Origin: Selaginella moellendorffii
Lineage: Eukaryota; Plantae; Lycopodiophyta
Direction: 5' to 3'
DNA length: 64,000 bases
Assembly (NCBI RefSeq): GCF_000143415.4
Contig: NW_003314354.1
Location: 459,989 to 523,988 of the forward strand
Below, piece by piece: positions 48,639 through 59,800 of this stretch. The translations under genes and the position numbers were made by a program. Positions within the stretch are counted from its first letter, which is position 1. Every line of letters starts with the position of its first letter. The notes under the pieces are model-generated. The model ran no database searches and was not told where the DNA came from. It worked only from the letters and a program-made list of their open reading frames with translations.

Positions 48639-49743
48639 TGTAAGGAACCGACTCCCCGAGATGTCGTAGGCTAAAGGATCCCCAAAAGCTTGACCGAAAT
48701 GACAAAGAGTTCATCGGATGGGACCAAGTCGAGGATCGAGTCCAAGACCGACTCTAGGACCGAGTTCGAGTCCGAGTTCGAGACCGAGTTCGAGACGGAG
48801 TCCGAGATCCGAAATCAGGTCCGAGACTGAGTCCGAGGTCGAGTCCGAGGTCGGGTCCGAGATCGGGTCCGAGATCGAGTCCGAAATCGAGTCCGAGACC
48901 GAATCCGAAGTCGGATCCGAAATCGGGTCCGAGATCGAGCCAAAGACTAAGTCCAAATACTAATACGGGTCAAGGGGTGAAAGCCCAAAGCGTGCGTCTC
49001 CAGAGGGGGGGGGGGGGGGCTGCAGGGGGTTCCAAAAGTATAGTAGGGATAGTGAGGTCCAGGAACCAGTTTTGAAGGGACTCTCCAATTGGGCTTCCAA
49101 ACCGACTTGAGGTTGAAACTGGGACCGAGGGGCCTTGGGTGGGAGTGAGCATGGACTTGGCTGGTGCCGGAGGGGCCATCCAAGGAAGTGCTCAAGAGCA
49201 GCTCCCACTCCCGAAAGGGAAACCGACTGCAGTGCTCTCGGCTCAGGTGGAGTGGTGCCCCACTTGAGTACCTTGTGGCTCATTGGTCCTCGCCCTTCCG
49301 GGGGCTTGGGCCTTCCCTTCGGGATGGAAGAGGGGGGGTAGAGGTACCCATACCGGGCCGTTAGGCCACGGTGTTTCGCCCCGACGTCCCGAAGCAAGTG
49401 CTGCACCCAAGGCTTGGGATTTAGAGGGTCCCATGATCAAGTCTTGTGGTACCAAGGGGTGTTAGGAATCTAGAGGCTTGGTGTGCTTGGCTGCTTGTGC
49501 CTGCGGGGAGTGTAGCCGAACCTTAAGTCCAGTCTAACCCGGGGAGGGGGATTGGGAGAGATTTGGGAATCCATAAATGGATGGCTAACACTCCGTTGCT
49601 CGTGCAGTGAGTAGCTGAAACCAAGTAGTAGCTGGTACCATAGGCGAGAACCTTGGCGAGGGAACTTAGCACAAGCCAAGGCAGAGTTGGTCGGATAGAC
49701 GAGGTAAGCTGGCAAATTGGAAAGGAAAAATTTGTGGCTTACA
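48639..49743. mobile_element. Solo LTR (1105 bp) with a 5-bp target-site duplication
   Basis: Begins TGTAAG, ends CTTACA; flanked by GTCTG at 48634-48638 and 49744-49748; GC-rich relative to flanks; no internal gag/pol. Confidence 0.9.
48755..48945. repeat. Degenerate 6/12-nt tandem repeat (GAGTCC/GAGATC/GGGTCC) inside the solo LTR
   Basis: Repeating units such as gagtccgagatc and gggtccgaaatc. Confidence 0.85.
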
Positions 49744-51735
49744 GTCTGCTTCGAAGTCGTCGAGAGATATTACATGGAGTGTACTTGGACCAAAGTGAGT
49801 GTCTATAGCATTCTTGTTCAACGGCCATAAACCACTTACTCTAAAACTGGACTAGATGTTTGCAGGTGTCAAAGCCATAGCCATGGCTCTACTGGATAAC
49901 TATGTGAGATCTCAACAATTGACTTCGTGTCCTAGATGTCCAAGAGTGTGTTCGTCCATGCCAAAACATGCAATGTTTAACAACTGCATGTGGTGAGAAG
50001 TATATGCTAGAAGAAGAATCACGTCCACACATAACATTCTTGAACCTTTGTGACATGGGATCCGTGGCCATCAACAATGAGAGCATGGCGGTTTGTAGGC
50101 GAGCATCCACCAGGTACTGATTTCACAAAGTGTTCAAGCCACTATGGCCACAAGTCTGTCATCCAAGCTTTCTTGCTGATGGCAAATGCAGCTCCAACTT
50201 CACAATTTGCAATCCAATTTTGCATCCTCTACTCACCTTTGAAGATATAAAAGCTAGGTATTCATCCACCTACTACATTTATGGCCACTAGAACAATCAT
50301 GTGCTTTGTGTGTTGTTTGGGACGATTTGGCGAACAGCTAACACTTTGACACCTCTAGAACAATTAGCCCGAACACTAGTTTCATCAGCATTCCAAATGT
50401 GATTTGCCTCATAGTAGTTTCCAATGTAAGTTGCTTCCAAGTTTTTGTAGAATTGTGCCACAACTACTTGATTCAAGGACTTTGCTCATTACAGCTCCAA
50501 AGCTTTAACAACTTTGCTACTAATCTCTAGATGTCTTTTCATAAAACCTTTGCACCATTTTTGACTTATCCAAGTAGTTACTCTACTAGCAACTAACAAC
50601 TTTGCTGCATTTTTCAGTTGATTGAAAGTGAGTGGATAACTGATTTTAACTTGAGCTTTCACCATAGATGCAATCACAAAGTCGTCCAAGGTACATTGAA
50701 TTCTTGAGCAACTTTTCTTTTAGACATGCCACACTCTTCCACCTCATGTATAGCCTTCTTTATTGATTCTTCATTCCATGTTCTAATCGCATGCTTTTGG
50801 CTACATGCTTTGGCTGAAGGCTGACTTACAAGACATGGACAAACAAGAAGTCAGACATTTCTTTTTCTTTCAACCTAACGATCTTTTACCTTTGCAGTGC
50901 TAGGACATTGACTTTCAGGTACACTTTCAGGGATACGAGCTACCAGACTTTTCTACACCATAGGCTGGAAGCAAGTTCAATTAAAAAATCTGAAATGGAA
51001 ACCGATAGTTACCTCTTGCTGCAAGGATAGGCCAGAATGGGACAGCCTCTAAGAGCTGCAAGTGTTTGTGCACGAGCTTTTGAAAGTTGTGTTCTTTTGC
51101 CTTATAGTATGCTGGTTTCTTGTTATAGCGTTTTGACCATGCAAGGAAATGGCATGTGATGTGCTTTATGTATGCATATTGTGTTGGCTGAGCTTTGTAG
51201 TTGATTGAACAATAAATTTTGTGATAGGATCTAAGAAATTATTAAGAATGTTTTTCTTTTTCAAAAAAATAGCCTACCTCAAGATTTGATATGTTCTTTC
51301 CAACTTTTTCACTTTGTTTACCCACTTGTGAGATACTTTGACCCTATGATGAAATGTAACTTGATGAATAGTTGAACTTAAAAGATCTCTTTCTTTTATA
51401 GTTTTATTAAACTCTCTTCTAAACTCAAGAATATAATGGAATAGGTTCCTTTTCTTCTAAATGGCTAAATTTATGATTGAGAAAAGTGATGAATGTTTAG
51501 ATGACAATCAAATCCATTATAACCTAAAATGCTATAAAACCCACCAAAAAATTGCTATATAATTTTCCATTTATCACATGAACAAGGTTTGGGCCAGGGG
51601 TGGCCGGAATTAAGGACCCGTGGGCCAGTTACCCTAAAAGCTCCATTAAACTCTAGCGCGTTTTGTTTCTAAATTCCCGCGTTCGCCGTAAATAATATTT
51701 TCCTTGCATTTTTTATTTTAGGGCAACCAGGGGCA

Positions 51736-52893
51736 ATGGAGGCGGTCGTGGCGGATCTTCACAACCAGCTCGGGAAGAAGAGCAGCTTCGAGAGCGCGGC
51801 CACGGCGCTGGCATCTCTCTTCCGCGATCGCTATGACGGGGCCACGGCGGCGGAGAAGAGAGCGGTGAGTGAGCGATCTGATTCCTGTGAGAGGATTGAT
51901 TTGAGCCAGGGAGAGTGTGTAGATGTACGCAGCTGCTTGCCGAGCGGGCTCGCTCCTTCAGAGCCGCTACACTGGAAAAGGATTCTGGATTGCTGGGCAG
52001 ATACTGTTTGAGGAAGCTGGAGATGCCATCACAGACCCGCAAGAGCAGGAGAACATGATGAACTGGCTCACTAAGGCTCGCGAGTTTCTCCACGAGGACG
52101 AAGACAATTCACAGCCACAGCAGCAAGCGCGAGCAGGACCAAGTGCGTACGCAAATTTTTCTTTTAGTCTTTGTCTCACACCGCCTCGTGAACAGGCTCA
52201 CCATTTTTGTTCGAGGGACAATTGACTGTCGATCCGGAGCCACGACCTCCGCTATGGCTTCTCGCTCCGACTACGTATCATTACGGACCGGCACAGCTTG
52301 ATGGTGAAGGCGAACATGACGATGAAGAGCTGGAGGATTATGTGCAGTCACTCACAGCGCTGGAGAACTTTGTGATTGAACAGGCAGTTCGGCTAAGCCA
52401 GGTAACGGGTTAGATGCCACCAAACTTCACAGCGACTCGAGTTATCTCTTCTTCTGTGCCTTGCAGGAGCAGGATACTCAGAAAGGACCACCTCCAGCTT
52501 CCAAGGACGAAGTCGCGAAGCTTTCCATCGTACGCGTGACCGAGGAAGTGCTGAAGGGCCTGGGCGATGGAACCGAGTGTGCAGTTTGCAGAGAAGTTTT
52601 GGTGGTCGGCGATGAGATGCAAGAGATGCCTTGCAAGCACTACTTCCATCCTCTCTGTCTCAAGCCATGGCTGGTACGTGTGCTTTTTTTTTTTTTTCTG
52701 GATTCGTGTCTTGGCTGAGAAACGTTATATGACGTTCGCCCAGGAGGAACACAACTCGTGCCCGGTTTGCAGGTACGAGATGCGCACCGACGACCACGAG
52801 TACGAGAGCAGAAAGGAGCGCGAAGCGGAAGCCGAAGCCGAGAGGAAAGGTGCGGCCAATGCACTTCCGGGTCTCGACTTCATGTACGTATAA
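51736..52893 (+). CDS. AIP2: RING-H2 E3 ubiquitin ligase, AIP2-like, multi-exon
   Basis: QLGKKSSFE..LQSRYTGKGFWIAG..LFEEA; LFEGQLTVDPEP; PPASKDEVAKL; CAVC..MPCKHYFHPLCLKPWL|EEHNSCPVCRYEMRTDDHEYE; ends FMYV. Confidence 0.92.
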
Positions 52894-52966
52894 GTAGATT
52901 AGAAGCGATTGTGGAACAACTTTTGTTCCCCTAGGGCAGTACGTACTAATAAAACAGGATAGATCT

Positions 52967-53632
52967 TCAGCGCCATCTCGATCCAACCAGGCTAAAATCC
53001 TGGCTATCTTCGTAGAGAATGCTTCTGATGGTCATGGCGAATGCTGCTGCCGCAGAAACGCCGCCGGTGTTTGTCACGGTTTGGACGTATGGTGGAGCAG
53101 GCCCGATTGCAGCCTAAGAAAGACAAAAAGAACAAGCTTGATCGAGTTTCCGAAGTACCTCAACAGCTTGTAGTTTCCTGAGGTACCACTCTCGCTCGAA
53201 CAAAACACCAAGGTAAGATTTATCCAGCTCGTTTTCTGCCTCACCTGTAAGCAAGAAACGTCTCTGGTTCTCAAGAACTAGCCGAGGCGAGGTCTTACGG
53301 ATCATAGAGTGGACTTCCAGTAGTCGCCGGAGATGCATGATGGGTTTCTTTAAGAGAGCCTTGCTCTCGACACTGATAACCTCGAGTGTGTGTTACTTTG
53401 CCAAGATCTAATAGCAAGAAACATATTTTTGAGAGACCTGCTGGACTGGGAGTCTATGTCTTGAAAAATCTCTCGCAAGTTCTCCCACACGTCAGTGCTG
53501 GTGCTCTCCGAGTTTTGCGTTCCATCGTTGTCCAGAGGAAGAGCCCCGCCTGGAGAGAAAACATGAGAAAAAGATGGCAACACTTATCTCCATACCAGCG
53601 TCAGAAGCTGCATTGTGGAGCTCTTCTTCCAT
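52967..53632 (-). CDS. 151-aa protein with an EB1 C-terminal (EBH)-like domain and no CH domain; exons 53632-53596, 53549-53438, 53372-53299, 53244-53159, 53113-52967
   Basis: Manually spliced model with four GT-AG introns gives 456 nt in one open frame; the C-terminal part LFEREWYLRKLQAVE...TIRSILYEDSQDF resembles EB1 LEKERDFYFGKLRNIE...IVDILYATDEGF. Confidence 0.7.
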
Positions 53633-53821
53633 GGAAGCAAGAAAGAAAACAAAGAAAACTAAAGACCTAGATTCCAAAATATACCCGTAGTTCAAATTAT
53701 TTACAAGCAAGCTATGTACAATATGTACGCGAAAAAAGAGAGCAATCACTTGACACTTACACCGTTGGTCATCTCACTCTCACTCCTCGTTCACTACTCT
53801 CGCTTCTACCATTCTACAAAA

Positions 53822-56800
53822 CTAATAAGCCAGTGACGTGAAGAGACCAACACCCCTGTTTATCCAGTGTGATTGATCTTCCTTGGAAGGCAGCTCTATA
53901 TACATGACAAAGTTTGTCGAGTGACCAGTAGTCGATAGTGTTCCTGAAAAACGAGAGAGATTCTTGTGAACTTAAATGTTTGAACTCCCAAGGAGGGAGT
54001 GATCTGCGTACCTGCGCGAACCAGTGTCTTGTAAACCGGGCACTCGTAGATGCCTTCCGTGGGAGCCTTCCTAAACTGGAGAGGCTTGAGCCACACCACC
54101 GGGAGCTCCGTGTACAACTCCTTGGGCCTGGATTCGTCCAGGACGTGCTGCTCGTAGTTCCACCGGCATCCCTCGAGGTATAGGCCCCGGATGTAGCAGC
54201 CATCGTCCGGGGGCTGCTTGATGGTGTCGTAAGTTCTGTCGTCAATGATCACGAAGTCGAAGCCCACGGTATCGATGGGGTATCTGTACTTTCTCGCAAA
54301 GTTTTGCAGTGTTCCCGTCAGGAAGGCCTGGGCGTGTTTGAGAGATGAGTTTAGCTTGCTGCTCGGAGACGTAAAGAAAAACAGGAGAAGCAAACCTGAG
54401 GGAAGAAAAATCCTGAAATCCAAAACACGGGAGGAGCACCGTTCCTTATCCATGTACTGATGAAATTTGTTCGCTCCAATAGATCAGCCACCCAAGCCGA
54501 AAGAGGTTTCAACGAAGGATAAGCCTTACCAGCCCACATTTCAGGCACCTGCAAATATGCTCCAAAGGTTTAACAATCTATACTACGAAACGGAAGAACG
54601 AATGACCAGAAAGTTTACCTGGTTATTGAAGATGCTAGAGCACACCATCTCAAGTTCCATGGACATGACCACGAGACCTTTGAGAGCCTTGAGAGCGTCA
54701 TTCAGCGATATCTTCATGACCGAGAGAAGACCATTGTACCGAATGCACTCCTGCGTCAGCACGGTGTTCATACTCTCGCTATACATGGTGGGATACAACT
54801 GCAGGACCGCCTCCACGTCAAACACCGAAGGCAACTTCTCCAGAATGTCACGGCACGACTTCTCGATCATCTCTTCCCGGGACAAGCCCCCTCCTCCGGA
54901 GCTCTGCTCCCTTGGTTGCAGCATGAGCACGGTGTTGAAGAGGTCGTACGACTCGTTCTGGTCGCAAGTGATGTCCGCGTTCTCGTGAAGTCCAAAGATT
55001 TCTGGCTTTGGTGCAAGTGGTAGCTCTTTGATGTAAGCCAGGAACTGATTCACGTTGGAGGCTTCTGGAACTCGAAACACACCCGATGGACTGAAGAAGT
55101 ATTGAGATGTTTCTACCACCTGAGAGAAAAAGTGGAAATAGTGAGCGTAGAACCAAGGGAAAAACACCATGTGTCGTACATTGGGATTGATAAAAATCAA
55201 AAGAAGATTGTTGATGAGCCTCCTGTCTTTGTCGTCTGTAACTCGTCCTCCATAGTTGATTTCTCCACACAAGAATCGAATGACCTGCAAGCAATGCGGG
55301 TAGTTAGATTCGGATCTTTGCTCGCAGCAGTACAAACCTTGTATGGGATTTCCTGATAGTCGTTCAAAAACATTCTGATCTGAGTTTGGCATACACTCAA
55401 ATCTCCGTCAGTAAACTCGTACCGGATGTTCCAGCCAAGTGGTCCGAACTTGCGTCTCTCTTGAATGACAGCATGGAACAAGCAGCTTGCAAAAATAAGC
55501 TTCTTCCACTCGTCTGGTTTTGCGCAGTCGCTCAAGATCTTGTCGGTGAAACGCAAGTAGGACCTCGCAAGATTGGATTTCAATCCCTTGGGTGGTTCCA
55601 GCGTCATCTTTACACCATTTTGAAGGATAGAAACAGGAAAGTCTGGACTGGGCATGCTTGTCAGCCACAGCCGGAAATCCTTGTGAACCTACAAAGGAAT
55701 TCTTCCTTGTAATTCACAAAAAAAAAAAGAACTCCACTCTGTACCTTCTCTGGATCAATATTGTCCACAATACGCTCCAAAGCTGGCATCCATGACTGGG
55801 ACAAGTGGCAATTCTGTAAGCACACCCACATTCCTCGTTCCATACCAAGCTCTAGCAACTTTTCTGCCTTGGGACCTTGTCCTTGGCCCAAAGACACCTG
55901 GTGATAGTCAAACGGTTAAGAACAAGTTCTAACGAGCTCGTGTACGTACCTTTTCGAACTTCTTGGTAAACCTCAGTTCATCAGCAAGCTTCAGTAGATC
56001 TGCCATAGGATCTGCACCTGCTGAGAGAACGAATATAAGCGGTGATGAGTTGGATCCATCCTTATAACATGCACCCAGATCAAATGCTGGCGGCTCTATG
56101 AATCGCTGTCCCATTGTTGCAGCAACGAAGTCTTGAACACCGAGAAGAGCCTTGTCTACCCGAAGGCATCGAAGTATCAGCAACTTTTGGAGCATGCTGA
56201 GCTTTGTGTCCCATTCACCAGCCAGGGGCTCTCGATGAGCTTCCGGGCTGTCAAAATACTTTCTGTAGTGTCCTATGTTCTCGGCCACGTGTTTATCAAG
56301 GCCCTGGTAGTTTGGAAGCTTGCTAAGGTTGGCAATTTCAATCCAGGACTGAAAGGTAGGCCACCGTAACGTTCAGTAGGGTGAGAAAAAAACAGGAAGA
56401 ACCAGATGTACCTTGTCAGTAAGCCATGAAGGTGCTGGATTTGGACTGAGTGCACTTGAACTGGCAGCACCAGCCAGTAGAAACCGCCACTCGGTGGGAT
56501 CAACTTCTTTCCGTCCCTGTAGATATATGTCAGAAAGAGTTCGACAAGAACATAAATTCCATGCCTGCATAATCTTGATGCAAAGAAGGAACGAAAACAT
56601 GAGCTTGTGCTTCTCGAAGAGCGACCGACAGATATTCACGTACAAGGAATACGTGAAGTATTCGTTTAAATTCTCAATTCGCTTGTCAATGATAGAAGCT
56701 TGCGCAGCACTTTCAATAGCTCGACCAAATAAGTTGATGAACCAAGCAAGACTGTACTGATACATGGGATCCACAATGGCCAAGTCCGAAATACAGAAAA

Positions 56801-59800
56801 ATAGAATAGAGGCCCTTGTTGCCACTTTGCGATACACCTGACCATAGACCGAACTTTTCTATTGAGTTTGGGACACGATAGAAAGCTTACTTCACGTGTC
56901 TCGTCAATGGCAATTTCTGTCTTCTCGGCTTCAGCAACCTTAATGGTGATTTCATCCGAAGTTACCTTGGACTGTGCTAAAGTATTTATAAGTACTTCAT
57001 CCTCTAATATGTCACCCTGTAGCAACGACACAACTGTGAGAAAATGGCGGAGACAAGCACAACGGTGTCACTGACCTGAGCATTTGATAGAAGAAACAAT
57101 ATTTTGGACTCAATTTCCTTAAGCTCGCGCTTCATGTTGGCATTCGAGACGACAAGCTGGTTCTTCATTTCAGCAAGATCAGGCCTTTCCTTGGTAACAA
57201 CTTGACCCAGAAGCTGATCCTCAAGACCCTCCATAGTCACGAAAAAATTAAGCAGTGTTACCTTCACGCACACCTGTCCGGAAACAAAGGCATTCAAAGA
57301 AACATGACAGTTTCCATAGCCATACCTCCGGTGCATAGTGAGGATTTCGAAGCTTTGTTGTCATATAAAACCGGAAATCTTTATGGTATGGAATAAGATT
57401 GTCGCCTATCTTAATGACTTCTGTTCCTCCCTGCTTGAAAGTCAACCTTAGCAGAAGAGGTTCCAATGCTGGCTCTAATGTTTCCCAGATGTTTTCTAGC
57501 AGCACCACTCTGCCAAACCGGACAGCATTTTCAAGAGTCCGTAGGTAATCCCTTTCGCTAAGTTTAATCACGTCCAAACCAGTTTCTCTGTACATGTTTT
57601 TCACCCATTTGTTTGCTTGACCCTGCGCATGAGAAAAAAAGAAAAGAAAAAAGAGTACAGGAACCAATTTTATTGTGCTCAATTCACCTGTGGATCAATC
57701 ATGAGAGGCCAGCGTCGCGCTTTGAAGACAATAATGCCGTTGTCCTCACTTAGAGAGTCACTAGGAAGCCCAGCAATATTCCAAGCTCGCATCTTCACGG
57801 GGTCTTTAAGCACAGCTTGAAGAGTAACACCACGCGTATGTGGCAGCTGAAAGACGGTAACGGTCAGTTCAAGTAGATGCAAGTTACAACATGGTCACTT
57901 ACTTGCAGCGTTTGCAACAGCTTTACCCATTCCTGATTGAGACGTAGCCTGTATTGGGGGGTAAACGGCCCTGTATAGGCAATTGCTCCAGCGGCAACAG
58001 CAACATCACCAACAATGTTTTCCATGTCATCGGTGAGGTTTATAATAGTCTCGTTCCACCTCTTCCTTTCACCACCCAAGCCTCCGATCAGTTTTGAAGC
58101 ACGCTCCATTTTTTTCTCGCAATCGCTTTTTTGCTTGGCAAGGTCTTCCTTCTTCTTTATTGCAGCATTCAGCTGTGCTTCCAACCTAGCTATTTTTTCT
58201 TCCACCTATAATGAAGGATATACAGTTAGACATAAGCGGAGCATACTCAAAACGATACCTCTTTTAGCTTAGCCTGTGCCGCCTGGAGTTTTCCCATCGT
58301 TTCATCAAGTAACGCTTGAGCTACTGCAAGTTGCTCCCGCTTCGGACGGACTATCTTAAGCACCTGATAATACTGGTGCATTGCTCGCACCCACATACAT
58401 ATTGATGTGCAAGCCTTTGAAACTCTAGCGACCTGCAGCAAACGTATGAGAAACCTGCAGGTCGTTTTAACATTACGTACCTGTTCTGGCGTGAATGTTT
58501 CCAGTGCAAGATATGGTTCAATTTTCTGAATCGTAGCCTCTTGTATATTCTCTCTGTCAAACTGCAATAGAGAGTCTAAAAACTTCTGAGGGTCTGTCAG
58601 TAACTTTGTGCTGGGATCCCAATAGTCGGGTATTTTCTTTCCAAGCTGTTCAAGTTGAAAAATTTGGAGAGTCAGCATCGATCCAGAAACTCAAAAAGAC
58701 TTACTCTGTTGGGATCATTGACCATCTTCGGTGGCACGACAAACATGATACAAGTGGCTTCCATCACAAGCTTAACTCCTTCTGGTGGGTTTCGCAAGGA
58801 CTTGACTTCGACAAGATCATTCTTCGTGAGAGCTTTCAAAGCGGACAAGGCGGACTCCAGTGCAGGCATGGCCTGATCAAGGTCGTTTTGTGCACTGTCA
58901 GCAATTGCTTTGGCGTCAGCAGCTTGAGCATTAGCGTCTGCTTCTTGTTGAGACACCTGCCAAAAACCAAACACATCTAAGTTCAACGCTTCACGTCAGA
59001 TGATCAAGTTACCGCTTGCTTCGTAACATCTGCATCTTTCTTATCTTGCCCGATGGCAACCATCATTTCATCAGCTTCTTTCGCAGTTGCTTCGAGAATA
59101 GGCTGCAAAGCAACCAGCTCCTTTTGCATGACTTCAACATCAGCTGCCGTAGTCAGCAGCTTGTCCAATCCTATCTCCAGCCTCGATCGAAGTCCCTCAA
59201 GTTCGTCGCGCTTCTCCTCCAGAAGCTTGATGTATGTCGAGAGAAGTTCGAGGTAGCTCGTTGGTGTCACGTAGTTGTACCGACGTAGTTCCTCATAGAA
59301 CTCTTTTGAACGCCTCTCCACAGATTGATGAATATACACACAGACTGTAACTATCTTCGCAATCTGAAAGTACCACAGGGGGGCAACAGATTGAATAAGA
59401 AAAGAAAGAGATTGTATACATACCTGTTCATTGTCCAGCATTTGAGTAGCATTCAAAAAGTTCCTCGCGACCGACTGAAGGGCCTCTTCAGGCCATTCAC
59501 GAAACCAGTCGATGGTACAGCAGTTGACAAGAGAGGGGAACATGCGAAGCCGGGTCCGAAATGCGTCTCCTATGGGACTCATGCAGATGACAAGATGGAG
59601 ATTTCGCCGCACGCGCTTCAAAAATAACGTATAAAGTGCAAGCTTCGTGGCCGGAAGCCCCAGGGACAAGAGAATAGGCCGCATTGCATTTGAGATAAGA
59701 TCCATATCCTCGTTTTTCCATAGGTTTGGCACCTGAAGTCTTCGTAAGGAAGGGATTAAACGTGAAAAAATGTTACCTCGCCAGAGTTCAGGATATTGTT

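Larger units (their letters stand above)
47961..50830 (-). mobile_element. Decayed pogo/Fot1-like (Tc1-mariner superfamily) transposase, interrupted by a solo LTR
   Basis: Psq-type HTH TWNEESIKKAIHEVEECGMSKRKVAQEFNVP (~50690-50785); CENP-B HTH KWCKGFMKRH; IWNADET; FYIFKG; LIVDGHGSH; TSHHMQLLN.ACFG; Lys/Glu-rich tail at 47961-48230. Confidence 0.85.

Noticed and set aside
48711-48963. Ser/Glu/Asp-repeat ORFs
   Set aside because: Translation of the hexamer repeat inside the solo LTR.
47700-51640. Terminal inverted repeats for the pogo-like element
   Set aside because: TGGCCC-type motifs occur at both ends, but I could not align a convincing TIR pair.
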